Shown here: piece by piece, positions 15,001 through 30,000 of the stretch
Position numbering within the stretch: position 1 is the first letter of the stretch
Layout: each line of letters starts with the position of its first letter
Assembly: GCA_964057225.1 (NCBI GenBank)
Contig: OZ059897.1
Location: 4,774,001 to 4,838,000 of the forward strand
Length of the DNA: 64,000 bases
Reading direction: 5' to 3'
DNA from: Auanema rhodensis
Lineage: Eukaryota; Animalia; Nematoda
The notes under the pieces: generated by a model
What the model was told of the DNA's origin: nothing
Database searches by the model: none
Seen by the model: the letters and a program-made list of their open reading frames with translations, nothing else
Translations under genes and position numbers: made by a program

Positions 15001-18000
15001 AAATCCGCATCGAATGCACTATACTACATTGAGAAACGCTCTATACAAAAATTAGTTATTATCGTTTGAAAAATAATGCATTAGTGTATGCTGAGTTCCC
15101 ATGTACACTCAACATTGCTTCCAAAAACATTTTGACAAAAATTTTCCCGAAAAATTTCTAAATAGTTTCACAAAAAGTAGATGTTTTTAGATTCCTTTTT
15201 TCAAGGCGAAGACATTGGATAATGTTTTTCAACGAAAAAATCATTTCTTCAGGGTGAAAATCGAGAATATAAGTGTGAACCTATATCAGTTGATATCTCG
15301 GTGCATTTTTAAGCTAGCTCAAATCTGATAACACAGATCGACGCAGCTTAAAAATCCGCATCGAATGCACTATACTACATTGAGAAACGCTATTTACAAA
15401 AATCAGTTATGATCGTTTGAAAAATAATGCATTAGTGTATGTTGAGTTCCCATGTACACTCAACATTGCTTCCAAAAACATTTTGACAAAAATTTTCCCG
15501 AAAAATTTCTAAATAGTTTCACAAAAAGTAGATGTTTTTAGATTCCTTTTTTCAAGGCGAAGACATTGGATAATGTTTTTCAACGAAAAAATCATTTCTT
15601 CAGGGTTAAAATCGAGGATATAAGTGTGAAACTATATCAGTTGATATCTCGGTGCATTTTTAAGCTAACTCAAATCTGATAACACAGATCAACGCAGCTT
15701 AAAAATTCGCATCGAATGCACTATACTACATTGAGAAACGCTCTATACAAAAATTAGTTATTATCGTTTGAAAAATAATGCATTAGTGTATGCTGAGTTC
15801 CCATGTACACTCAACATTGCTTCCAAAAACATTTTGACAAAAATTTTCCCGAAAAATTTCTAAATAATTTCACAAAAAGTAAATGTTTTTAGATTTCTTT
15901 TTTCAAGGCGAAGACATTGGACAATGTTTTTCAACGAAAAAATCATTTCTTCAGGGTGAAAATCGAGGATATAAGTGTGAACATATATCAGTTGATATCT
16001 CGGTGCATTTTTAATCTAACTCAAATCTGATAACACAGATCAACGCAGCTTAAAAATCCGCATCGAATGCACTATACTACATTGAGAAACGCTCTATACA
16101 AAAATTAGTTATTATCGTTTGAAAAATAATGCATTAGTGTATGCTGAGTTCCCATGTACACTCAACATTGCTTCCAAAAACATTTTGACAAAAATTTTCC
16201 CGAAAAATTTCTAAATAGTTTCACAAAAAGTAGATGTTTTTAGATTCCTTTTTTCAAGGCGAAGACATTGGATAATGTTTTTCAACGAAAAAATCATTTC
16301 TTCAGGGTGAAAATCGAGAATATAAGTGTGAACCTATATCAGTTGATATCTCGGTGCATTTTTAAGCTAGCTCAAATCTGATAACACAGATCGACGCAGC
16401 TTAAAAATTCGCATCGAATGCACTATACTACATTGAGAAACGCTCTATACAAAAATAAGTTATGATCGTTTGAAAAATAATGCATTAGTGTATGTTGAGT
16501 TCCCATGTACACTCAACATTGCTTCCAAAAACATTTTGACAAAAATTTTCCCGAAACATTTCTAAATAATTTCACAAAAAGTAGATGTTTTTGAATTCCT
16601 TTTTTCAAGGCGAAGACATTGGACAATGTTTTTCAACGAAAAAATCATTTCTTCAGGGTGAAAATCGAGGATATAAGTGTGAACATATATCAGTTGATAT
16701 CTCGGTGCATTTTTCAGCTAACTCAAATCTGATAACACAGATCGACGCAGCTTAAAAATCCGCATCGAATGCACTACACTACCTTGAGAAACGCTCTTTA
16801 CAAAAATTAGTTATGATCGTTTGAAAAATAATGCATTAGTGTATGTTGAGTTCCCATGTACACTCAACATTGCTTCCAAAAACATTTTGACAAAAATTTT
16901 CCCGAAAAATTTCTAAATAATTTCACAAAAAGTAGATGTTTTTAGATTCCTTTTTTCAAGACGAAGACGATGGACAATGTTTTTCAACGAAAAAATCATT
17001 TCTTCAGAGTGAAAATCGAGGATATAAGTGTGAACATATATCAGTTGATATCTCGGTGCATTTTTAAGCTAACTCAAATCTGATAACACAGATCGACGCA
17101 GCTTAAAAATCCGCATCGAATGCACTATATTACATTGAGAAACGCTCTATACAAAAATTAGTTATGATCGTTTGAAAAATAATGCATTAGTGTATGTTGA
17201 GTTCCCATGTACACTCAACATTGCTTCCAAAAACATTTTGACAAAAATTTTCCCGAAAAATTTCTAAATAATTTCACAAAAAGTAGATGTTTTTAGATTC
17301 CTTTTATCAAGACGAAGACGATGGACAATGGTTTTCAACGAAAAAATCATTTCTTCAGGGTTAAAATCGAGGATATAAGTGTGAAACTATATCAGTTGAT
17401 ATCTCGGTGCATTTTTAAGCTAACTGAAATCTGATAACACAGATCAACGCAGCTTAAAAATTTGCATCGAATGCACTATACTACATTGAGAAACGCTCTA
17501 TACAAAAATTAGTTATTATCGTTTGAAAAATAATGCATTAGTGTATGCTGAGTTCCCATGTACACTCAACATTGCTTCCAAAAACATTTTGACAAAAATT
17601 TTCCCGAAAAATTTCTAGATAATTTCACAAAAAGTAAATGTTTTTAGATTCCTTTTTTCAAGACGAAGACGATGGACAATGGTTTTCAACGAAAAAATCA
17701 TTTCTTCAGGGTTAAAATCGAGGATATAAGTGTGAAACTATATCAGTTGATATCTCGGTGCATTTTTAAGCTAACTCAAATCTGATAACACAGATCAACG
17801 CAGCTTAAAAATTGGCATCGAATGCACTATACTACATTGAGAAACGCTCTATACAAAAATTAGTTATTATCGTTTGAAAAATAATGCATTAGTGTATGCT
17901 GAGTTCCCATGTACACTCAACATTGCTTCCAAAAACATTTTGACAAAAATTTTCCCGAAAAATTTCTAAATAATTTCACAAAAAGTAAATGTTTTTAGAT

Positions 18001-21000
18001 TTCTTTTTTCAAGGCGAAGACATTGGACAATATTTTTCAACGAAAAAATCATTTCTTCAGGGTGAAAATCGAGGATATAAGTGTGAACATATATCAGTTG
18101 ATATCTCGGTGCATTTTTAAGCTAACTCAAATCTGATAACACAGATCAACGCAGCTTAAAAATCCGCATCGAATGCACTATACTACATTGAGAAACGCTC
18201 TATACAAAAATTAGTTATTATCGTTTGAAAAATAATGCATTAGTGTATGTTGAGTTCCCATGTACACTCAACATTGCTTCCAAAAACATTTTGACAAAAA
18301 TTTTCCCGAAAAATTTCTAAATAATTTCACAAAAAGTAGATGTTTTTAGATTTCTTTTTTCAAAGCGAAGACATTGGACAATGTTTTTCAACGAAAAAAT
18401 CATTTCTTCAGGGTGAAAATCGAGGATATAAGTGTGAACATATATCAGTTGATATCTCGGTGCATTTTTAAGCTAACTCAAATCTGATAACACAGATCAA
18501 CGCAGCTTAAAAATCCGCATCGAATGCACTATACTACATTGAGAAACGCTCTATACAAAAATTAGTTATTATCGTTTGAAAAATAATGCATTAGTGTATG
18601 CTGAGTTCCCATGTACACTCAACATTGCTTCCAAAAACATTTTGACAAAAATTTTCCCGAAAAATTTCTAAATAGTTTCACAAAAAGTAGATGTTTTTAG
18701 ATTCCTTTTTTCAAGGCGAAGACATTGGATAATGTTTTTCAACGAAAAAATCATTTCTTCAGGGTGAAAATCGAGAATATAAGTGTGAACCTATATCAGT
18801 TGATATCTCGGTGCATTTTTAAGCTAGCTCAAATCTGATAACACAGATCGACGCAGCTTAAAAATCCGCATCGAATGCACTATACTACATTGAGAAACGC
18901 TATTTACAAAAATCAGTTATGATCGTTTGAAAAATAATGCATTAGTGTATGTTGAGTTCCCATGTACACTCAACATTGCTTCCAAAAACATTTTGACAAA
19001 AATTTTCCCGAAAAATTTCTAAATAGTTTCACAAAAAGTAGATGTTTTTAGATTCCTTTTTTCAAGGCGAAGACATTGGATAATGTTTTTCAACGAAAAA
19101 ATCATTTCTTCAGGGTTAAAATCGAGGATATAAGTGTGAAACTATATCAGTTGATATCTCGGTGCATTTTTAAGCTAACTCAAATCTGATAACACAGATC
19201 AACGCAGCTTAAAAATTCGCATCGAATGCACTATACTACATTGAGAAACGCTCTATACAAAAATTAGTTATTATCGTTTGAAAAATAATGCATTAGTGTA
19301 TGCTGAGTTCCCATGTACACTCAACATTGCTTCCAAAAACATTTTGACAAAAATTTTCCCGAAAAATTTCTAGATAATTTCACAAAAAGTAAATGTTTTT
19401 AGATTCCTTTTTTCAAGACGAAGACGATGGACAATGGTTTTCAACGAAAAAATCATTTCTTCAGGGTTAAAATCGAGGATATAAGTGTGAAACTATATCA
19501 GTTGATATCTCGGTGCATTTTTAAGCTAACTCAAATCTGATAACACAGATCAACGCAGCTTAAAAATTGGCATCGAATGCACTATACTACATTGAGAAAC
19601 GCTCTATACAAAAATTAGTTATTATCGTTTGAAAAATAATGCATTAGTGTATGCTGAGTTCCCATGTACACTCAACATTGCTTCCAAAAACATTTTGACA
19701 AAAATTTTCCCGAAAAATTTCTAAATAATTTCACAAAAAGTAAATGTTTTTAGATTTCTTTTTTCAAGGCGAAGACATTGGACAATATTTTTCAACGAAA
19801 AAATCATTTCTTCAGGGTGAAAATCGAGGATATAAGTGTGAACATATATCAGTTGATATCTCGGTGCATTTTTAAGCTAACTCAAATCTGATAACACAGA
19901 TCAACGCAGCTTAAAAATCCGCATCGAATGCACTATACTACATTGAGAAACGCTCTATACAAAAATTAGTTATTATCGTTTGAAAAATAATGCATTAGTG
20001 TATGTTGAGTTCCCATGTACACTCAACATTGCTTCCAAAAACATTTTGACAAAAATTTTCCCGAAAAATTTCTAAATAATTTCACAAAAAGTAGATGTTT
20101 TTAGATTTCTTTTTTCAAAGCGAAGACATTGGACAATGTTTTTCAACGAAAAAATCATTTCTTCAGGGTGAAAATCGAGGATATAAGTGTGAACATATAT
20201 CAGTTGATATCTCGGTGCATTTTTAAGCTAACTCAAATCTGATAACACAGATCAACGCAGCTTAAAAATCCGCATCGAATGCACTATACTACATTGAGAA
20301 ACGCTCTATACAAAAATTAGTTATTATCGTTTGAAAAATAATGCATTAGTGTATGTTGAGTTCCCATGTACACTCAACATTGCTTCCAAAAACATTTTGA
20401 CAAAAATTTTCCCGAAAAATTTCTAAATAATTTCACAAAAAGTAGATGTTTTTAGATTTCTTTTTTCAAAGCGAAGACATTGGACAATGTTTTTCAACGA
20501 AAAAATCATTTCTTCAGGGTGAAAATCGAGGATATAAGTGTGAACATATATCAGTTGATATCTCGGTGCATTTTTAAGCTAACTCAAATCTGATAACACA
20601 GATCAACGCAGCTTAAAAATCCGCATCGAATGCACTATACTACATTGAGAAACGCTCTATACAAAAATTAGTTATTATCGTTTGAAAAATAATGCATTAG
20701 TGTATGCTGAGTTCCCATGTACACTCAACATTGCTTCCAAAAACATTTTGACAAAAATTTTCCCGAAAAATTTCTAAATAGTTTCACAAAAAGTAGATGT
20801 TTTTAGATTCCTTTTTTCAAGGCGAAGACATTGGATAATGTTTTTCAACGAAAAAATCATTTCTTCAGGGTGAAAATCGAGAATATAAGTGTGAACCTAT
20901 ATCAGTTGATATCTCGGTGCATTTTTAAGCTAGCTCAAATCTGATAACACAGATCGACGCAGCTTAAAAATCCGCATCGAATGCACTATACTACATTGAG

Positions 21001-24000
21001 AAACGCTATTTACAAAAATCAGTTATGATCGTTTGAAAAATAATGCATTAGTGTATGTTGAGTTCCCATGTACACTCAACATTGCTTCCAAAAACATTTT
21101 GACAAAAATTTTCCCGAAAAATTTCTAAATAGTTTCACAAAAAGTAGATGTTTTTAGATTCCTTTTTTCAAGGCGAAGACATTGGATAATGTTTTTCAAC
21201 GAAAAAATCATTTCTTCAGGGTTAAAATCGAGGATATAAGTGTGAAACTATATCAGTTGATATCTCGGTGCATTTTTAAGCTAACTCAAATCTGATAACA
21301 CAGATCAACGCAGCTTAAAAATTCGCATCGAATGCACTATACTACATTGAGAAACGCTCTATACAAAAATTAGTTATTATCGTTTGAAAAATAATGCATT
21401 AGTGTATGCTGAGTTCCCATGTACACTCAACATTGCTTCCAAAAACATTTTGACAAAAATTTTCCCGAAAAATTTCTAAATAATTTCACAAAAAGTAAAT
21501 GTTTTTAGATTTCTTTTTTCAAGGCGAAGACATTGGACAATGTTTTTCAACGAAAAAATCATTTCTTCAGGGTGAAAATCGAGGATATAAGTGTGAACAT
21601 ATATCAGTTGATATCTCGGTGCATTTTTAATCTAACTCAAATCTGATAACACAGATCAACGCAGCTTAAAAATCCGCATCGAATGCACTATACTACATTG
21701 AGAAACGCTCTATACAAAAATTAGTTATTATCGTTTGAAAAATAATGCATTAGTGTATGCTGAGTTCCCATGTACACTCAACATTGCTTCCAAAAACATT
21801 TTGACAAAAATTTTCCCGAAAAATTTCTAAATAGTTTCACAAAAAGTAGATGTTTTTAGATTCCTTTTTTCAAGGCGAAGACATTGGATAATGTTTTTCA
21901 ACGAAAAAATCATTTCTTCAGGGTGAAAATCGAGAATATAAGTGTGAACCTATATCAGTTGATATCTCGGTGCATTTTTAAGCTAGCTCAAATCTGATAA
22001 CACAGATCGACGCAGCTTAAAAATCCGCATCGAATGCACTATAATACATTGAGAAACGCTATTTACAAAAATCAGTTATGATCGTTTGAAAAATAATGCA
22101 TTAGTGTATGTTGAGTTCCCATGTACACTCAACATTGCTTCCAAAAACATTTTGACAAAAATTTTCCCGAAAAATTTCTAAATAGTTTCACAAAAAGTAG
22201 ATGTTTTTAGATTCCTTTTTTCAAGGCGAAGACATTGGATAATGTTTTTCAACGAAAAAATCATTTCTTCAGGGTGAAAATCGAGAATATAAGTGTGAAC
22301 CTATATCAGTTGATATCTCGGTGCATTTTTAAGCTAGCTCAAATCTGATAACACAGATCGACGCAGCTTAAAAATCCGCATCGAATGCACTATACTACAT
22401 TGAGAAACGCTATTTACAAAAATCAGTTATGATCGTTTGAAAAATAATGCATTAGTGTATGTTGAGTTCCCATGTACACTCAACATTGCTTCCAAAAACA
22501 TTTTGACAAAAATTTTCCCGAAACATTTCTAAATAATTTCACAAAAAGTAGATGTTTTTGAATTCCTTTTTTCAAGGCGAAGACATTGGACAATGTTTTT
22601 CAACGAAAAAATCATTTCTTCAGGGTGAAAATCGAGGATATAAGTGTGAACATATATCAGTTGATATCTCGGTGCATTTTTAAGCTAACTCAAATCTGAT
22701 AACACAGATCGACGCAGCTTAAAAATCCGCATCGAATGCACTACACTACCTTGAGAAACGCTCTTTACAAAAATTAGTTATGATCGTTTGAAAAATAATG
22801 CATTAGTGTATGTTGAGTTCCCATGTACACTCAACATTGCTTCCAAAAACATTTTGACAAAAATATTCCCGAAAAATTTCTAAATAATTTGACAAAAAGT
22901 AGATGTTTTTAGATTCCTTTTTTCAAGACGAAGACATTGGACAATGTTTTTCAACGAAAAAATCATTTCTTCAGGGTGAAAATCGAGGATATAAGTGTGA
23001 AACTATATCAGTTGATATCTCGGTGCATTTTTAAGCTAACTCAAATCTGATAACACAGATCGACGCAGCTTAAAAATTCGCATCGAATGCACTATACTAC
23101 ATTGAGAAACGCTCTATACAAAAATAAGTTATGATCGTTTGAAAAATAATGCATTAGTGTATGTTGAGTTCCCATGTACACTCAACATTGCTTCCAAAAA
23201 CATTTTGACAAAAATTTTCCCGAAACATTTCTAAATAATTTCACAAAAAGTAGATGTTTTTGAATTCCTTTTTTCAAGGCGAAGACATTGGACAATGTTT
23301 TTCAACGAAAAAATCATTTCTTCAGGGTGAAAATCCAGGATATAAGTGTGAACATATATCAGTTGATATCTCGGTGCATTTTTCAGCTAACTCAAATCTG
23401 ATAACACAGATCGACGCAGCTTAAAAATCCGCATCGAATGCACTACACTACCTTGAGAAACGCTCTTTACAAAAATTAGTTATGATCGTTTGAAAAATAA
23501 TGCATTAGTGTATGTTGAGTTCCCATGTACACTCAACATTGCTTCCAAAAACATTTTGACAAAAATTTTCCCGAAAAATTTCTAAATAATTTCACAAAAA
23601 GTAGATGTTTTTAGATTCCTTTTATCAAGACGAAGACGATGGACAATGGTTTTCAACGAAAAAATCATTTCTTCAGGGTTAAAATCGAGGATATAAGTGT
23701 GAAACTATATCAGTTGATATCTCGGTGCATTTTTAAGCTAACTGAAATCTGATAACACAGATCAACGCAGCTTAAAAATTCGCATCGAATGCACTATACT
23801 ACATTGAGAAACGCTCTATACAAAAATTAGTTATTATCGTTTGAAAAATAATGCATTAGTGTATGCTGAGTTCCCATGTACACTCAACATTGCTTCCAAA
23901 AACATTTTGACAAAAATTTTCCCGAAAAATTTCTAGATAATTTCACAAAAAGTAAATGTTTTTAGATTCCTTTTTTCAAGACGAAGACGATGGACAATGG

Positions 24001-27000
24001 TTTTCAACGAAAAAATCATTTCTTCAGGGTTAAAATCGAGGATATAAGTGTGAAACTATATCAGTTGATATCTCGGTGCATTTTTAAGCTAACTCAAATC
24101 TGATAACACAGATCAACGCAGCTTAAAAATTGGCATCGAATGCACTATACTACATTGAGAAACGCTCTATACAAAAATTAGTTATTATCGTTTGAAAAAT
24201 AATGCATTAGTGTATGCTGAGTTCCCATGTACACTCAACATTGCTTCCAAAAACATTTTGACAAAAATTTTCCCGAAAAATTTCTAAATAATTTCACAAA
24301 AAGTAAATGTTTTTAGATTTCTTTTTTCAAGGCGAAGACATTGGACAATATTTTTCAACGAAAAAATCATTTCTTCAGGGTGAAAATCGAGGATATAAGT
24401 GTGAACATATATCAGTTGATATCTCGGTGCATTTTTAAGCTAACTCAAATCTGATAACACAGATCAACGCAGCTTAAAAATCCGCATCGAATGCACTATA
24501 CTACATTGAGAAACGCTCTATACAAAAATTAGTTATTATCGTTTGAAAAATAATGCATTAGTGTATGTTGAGTTCCCATGTACACTCAACATTGCTTCCA
24601 AAAACATTTTGACAAAAATTTTCCCGAAAAATTTCTAAATAATTTCACAAAAAGTAGATGTTTTTAGATTTCTTTTTTCAAAGCGAAGACATTGGACAAT
24701 GTTTTTCAACGAAAAAATCATTTCTTCAGGGTGAAAATCGAGGATATAAGTGTGAACATATATCAGTTGATATCTCGGTGCATTTTTAAGCTAACTCAAA
24801 TCTGATAACACAGATCAACGCAGCTTAAAAATCCGCATCGAATGCACTATACTACATTGAGAAACGCTCTATACAAAAATTAGTTATTATCGTTTGAAAA
24901 ATAATGCATTAGTGTATGCTGAGTTCCCATGTACACTCAACATTGCTTCCAAAAACATTTTGACAAAAATTTTCCCGAAAAATTTCTAAATAGTTTCACA
25001 AAAAGTAGATGTTTTTAGATTCCTTTTTTCAAGGCGAAGACATTGGATAATGTTTTTCAACGAAAAAATCATTTCTTCAGGGTGAAAATCGAGAATATAA
25101 GTGTGAACCTATATCAGTTGATATCTCGGTGCATTTTTAAGCTAGCTCAAATCTGATAACACAGATCGACGCAGCTTAAAAATCCGCATCGAATGCACTA
25201 TAATACATTGAGAAACGCTATTTACAAAAATCAGTTATGATCGTTTGAAAAATAATGCATTAGTGTATGTTGAGTTCCCATGTACACTCAACATTGCTTC
25301 CAAAAACATTTTGACAAAAATTTTCCCGAAAAATTTCTAAATAGTTTCACAAAAAGTAGATGTTTTTAGATTCCTTTTTTCAAGGCGAAGACATTGGATA
25401 ATGTTTTTCAACGAAAAAATCATTTCTTCAGGGTGAAAATCGAGAATATAAGTGTGAACCTATATCAGTTGATATCTCGGTGCATTTTTAAGCTAGCTCA
25501 AATCTGATAACACAGATCGACGCAGCTTAAAAATCCGCATCGAATGCACTATACTACATTGAGAAACGCTATTTACAAAAATCAGTTATGATCGTTTGAA
25601 AAATAATGCATTAGTGTATGTTGAGTTCCCATGTACACTCAACATTGCTTCCAAAAACATTTTGACAAAAATTTTCCCGAAACATTTCTAAATAATTTCA
25701 CAAAAAGTAGATGTTTTTGAATTCCTTTTTTCAAGGCGAAGACATTGGACAATGTTTTTCAACGAAAAAATCATTTCTTCAGGGTGAAAATCGAGGATAT
25801 AAGTGTGAACATATATCAGTTGATATCTCGGTGCATTTTTAAGCTAACTCAAATCTGATAACACAGATCGACGCAGCTTAAAAATCCGCATCGAATGCAC
25901 TACACTACCTTGAGAAACGCTCTTTACAAAAATTAGTTATGATCGTTTGAAAAATAATGCATTAGTGTATGTTGAGTTCCCATGTACACTCAACATTGCT
26001 TCCAAAAACATTTTGACAAAAATATTCCCGAAAAATTTCTAAATAATTTGACAAAAAGTAGATGTTTTTAGATTTCTTTTTTCAAAGCGAAGACATTGGA
26101 CAATGTTTTTCAACGAAAAAATCATTTCTTCAGGGTGAAAATCGAGGATATAAGTGTGAACATATATCAGTTGATATCTCGGTGCATTTTTAAGCTAACT
26201 CAAATCTGATAACACAGATCGACGCAGCTTAAAAATCCGCATCGAATGCACTATATTACATTGAGAAACGCTCTATACAAAAATTAGTTATGATCGTTTG
26301 AAAAATAATGCATTAGTGTATGTTGAGTTCCCATGTACACTCAACATTGCTTCCAAAAACATTTTGACAAAAATTTTCCCGAAAAATTTCTAAATAATTT
26401 CACAAAAAGTAGATGTTTTTAGATTCCTTTTTTCAAGACGAAGACGATGGACAATGTTTTTCAACGAAAAAATCATTTCTTCAGAGTGAAAATCGAGGAT
26501 ATAAGTGTGAACATATATCAGTTGATATCTCGGTGCATTTTTAAGCTAACTCAAATCTGATAACACAGATCGACGCAGCTTAAAAATCCGCATCGAATGC
26601 ACTATATTACATTGAAAAACGCTCTATACAAAAATTAGTTATGATCGTTTGAAAAATAATGCATTAGTGTATGTTGAGTTCCCATGTACACTCAACATTG
26701 CTTCCAAAAACATTTTGACAAAAATTTTCCCGAAAAATTTCTAAATAATTTCACAAAAAGTAGATGTTTTTAGATTCCTTTTTTCAAGGCGAAGACGATG
26801 GACAATGTTATGCAACAAAAAAATCATTTCTTCAGGGTTAAAATCGAGGATATAAGTGTGAAACTATATCAGTTGATATCTCGGTGCATTTTTAAGCTAG
26901 CTCAAATCTGATAACACAGATCGACGCAGCTTAAAAATTCGCATCGAATGCACTATACTACATTGAGAAACGCTATCTACAAAAATTAGTTATGATCGTT

Positions 27001-30000
27001 CGAAAAATAATGCATTAGTGTATGTTGAGTTCCCATGTACACTCAACATTGCTTCCAAAAACATTTTGACAAAAATTTTCCCGAAAAATTTCTAAATAAT
27101 TTCACAAAAAGTAGATGTTTTTAGATTCCTTTTTTCAAGGCGAAGACATTGGACAATGTTTTTCAACGAAAAAATCATTTCTTCAGGGTGAAAATCGAGG
27201 ATATATGTGTGAACATATATCAGTTGATATCTCGGTGCATTTTTAAGCTAACTCAAATCTGATAACACAGATCGACGCAGCTTAAAAATCCGCATCGAAT
27301 GCACTACACTACCTTGAGAAACGCTCTTTACAAAAATTAGTTATGATCGTTTGAAAAATAATGCATTAGTGTATGTTGAGTTCCCATGTACACTCAACAT
27401 TGCTTCCAAAAACATTTTGACAAAAATTTTCCCGAAAAATTTCTAAATAATTTCACAAAAAGTAGATGTTTTTAGATTCCTTTTTTCGAGACGAAGACGA
27501 TGGACAATGTTTTTCAACGAAAAAATCATTTCTTCAGGGTTAAAATCGAGGATATAAGTGTGAAACTATATCAGTTGATATCTCGGTGCATTTTTAAGCT
27601 AGCTCAAATCTGATAACACAGATCGACGCAGCTTAAAAATTCGCATCGAATGCACTATACTACATTGAGAAACGCTATCTACAAAAATTAGTTATGATCG
27701 TTCGAAAAATAATGCATTAGTGTATGTTGAGTTCCCATGTACACTCAACATTGCTTCCAAAAACATTTTGACAAAAATTTTCCCGAAAAATTTCTAAATA
27801 ATTTCACAAAAAGTAGATGTTTTTAGATTCCTTTTTTCAAGGCGAAGACATTGGACAATGTTTTTCAACGAAAAAATCATTTCTTCAGGGTGAAAATCGA
27901 GGATATATGTGTGAACATATATCAGTTGATATCTCGGTGCATTTTTAAGCTAACTCAAATCTGATAACACAGATCGACGCAGCTTAAAAATCCGCATCGA
28001 ATGCACTACACTACCTTGAGAAACGCTCTTTACAAAAATTAGTTATGATCGTTTGAAAAATAATGCATTAGTGTATGTTGAGTTCCCATGTACACTCAAC
28101 ATTGCTTCCAAAAACATTTTGACAAAAATTTTCCCGAAAAATTTCTAAATAATTTCACAAAAAGTAGATGTTTTTAGATTCCTTTTTTCGAGACGAAGAC
28201 GATGGACAATGTTTTTCAACGAAAAAATCATTTCTTCAGGGTTAAAATCGAGGATATAAGTGTGAAACTATATCAGTTGATATCTCGGTGCATTTTTAAG
28301 CTAACTCAAATCTGATAACACAGATCGACGCAGCTTAAAAATCCGCATCGAATGCACTATATTACATTGAGAAACGCTCTATACAAAAATTAGTTATGAT
28401 CGTTTGAAAAATAATGCATTAGTGTATGTTGAGTTCCCATGTACACTCAACATTGCTTCCAAAAACATTTTGACAAAAATTTTCCCGAAAAATTTCTAAA
28501 TAATTTCACAAAAAGTAGATGTTTTTAGATTCTTTTTTTCAAGACGAAGACGATGGACAATGTTTTTCAACGAAAAAATCATTTCTTCAGAGTGAAAATC
28601 GAGGATATAAGTGTGAACATATATCAGTTGATATCTCGGTGCATTTTTAAGCTAACTCAAATCTGATAACACAGATCGACGCAGCTTAAAAATCCGCATC
28701 GAATGCACTATATTACATTGAGAAACGCTCTATACAAAAATTAGTTATGATCGTTTGAAAAATAATGCATTAGTGTATGTTGAGTTCCCATGTACACTCA
28801 ACATTGCTTCCAAAAACATTTTGACAAAAATTTTCCCGAAAAATTTCTAAATAATTTCACAAAAAGTAGATGTTTTTAGATTCCTTTTTTCAAGACGAAG
28901 ACGATGGACAATGTTTTTCAACGAAAAAATCATTTCTTCAGAGTGAAAATCGAGGATATAAGTGTGAACATATATCAGTTGATATCTCGGTGCATTTTTA
29001 AGCTAACTCAAATCTGATAACACAGATCAACGCAGCTTAAAAATCCGCATCGAATGCACTATACTACATTGAGAAACGCTCTATACAAAAATTAGTTATT
29101 ATCGTTTGAAAAATAATGCATTAGTGTATGCTGAGTTCCCATGTACACTCAACATTGCTTCCAAAAACATTTTGACAAAAATTTTCCCGAAAAATTTCTA
29201 AATAGTTTCACAAAAAGTAGATGTTTTTAGATTCCTTTTTTCAAGGCGAAGACATTGGATAATGTTTTTCAACGAAAAAATCATTTCTTCAGGGTGAAAA
29301 TCGAGAATATAAGTGTGAACCTATATCAGTTGATATCTCGGTGCATTTTTAAGCTAGCTCAAATCTGATAACACAGATCGACGCAGCTTAAAAATCCGCA
29401 TCGAATGCACTATAATACATTGAGAAACGCTATTTACAAAAATCAGTTATGATCGTTTGAAAAATAATGCATTAGTGTATGTTGAGTTCCCATGTACACT
29501 CAACATTGCTTCCAAAAACATTTTGACAAAAATTTTCCCGAAAAATTTCTAAATAGTTTCACAAAAAGTAGATGTTTTTAGATTCCTTTTTTCAAGGCGA
29601 AGACATTGGATAATGTTTTTCAACGAAAAAATCATTTCTTCAGGGTGAAAATCGAGAATATAAGTGTGAACCTATATCAGTTGATATCTCGGTGCATTTT
29701 TAAGCTAGCTCAAATCTGATAACACAGATCGACGCAGCTTAAAAATCCGCATCGAATGCACTATACTACATTGAGAAACGCTATTTACAAAAATCAGTTA
29801 TGATCGTTTGAAAAATAATGCATTAGTGTATGTTGAGTTCCCATGTACACTCAACATTGCTTCCAAAAACATTTTGACAAAAATTTTCCCGAAACATTTC
29901 TAAATAATTTCACAAAAAGTAGATGTTTTTGAATTCCTTTTTTCAAGGCGAAGACATTGGACAATGTTTTTCAACGAAAAAATCATTTCTTCAGGGTGAA

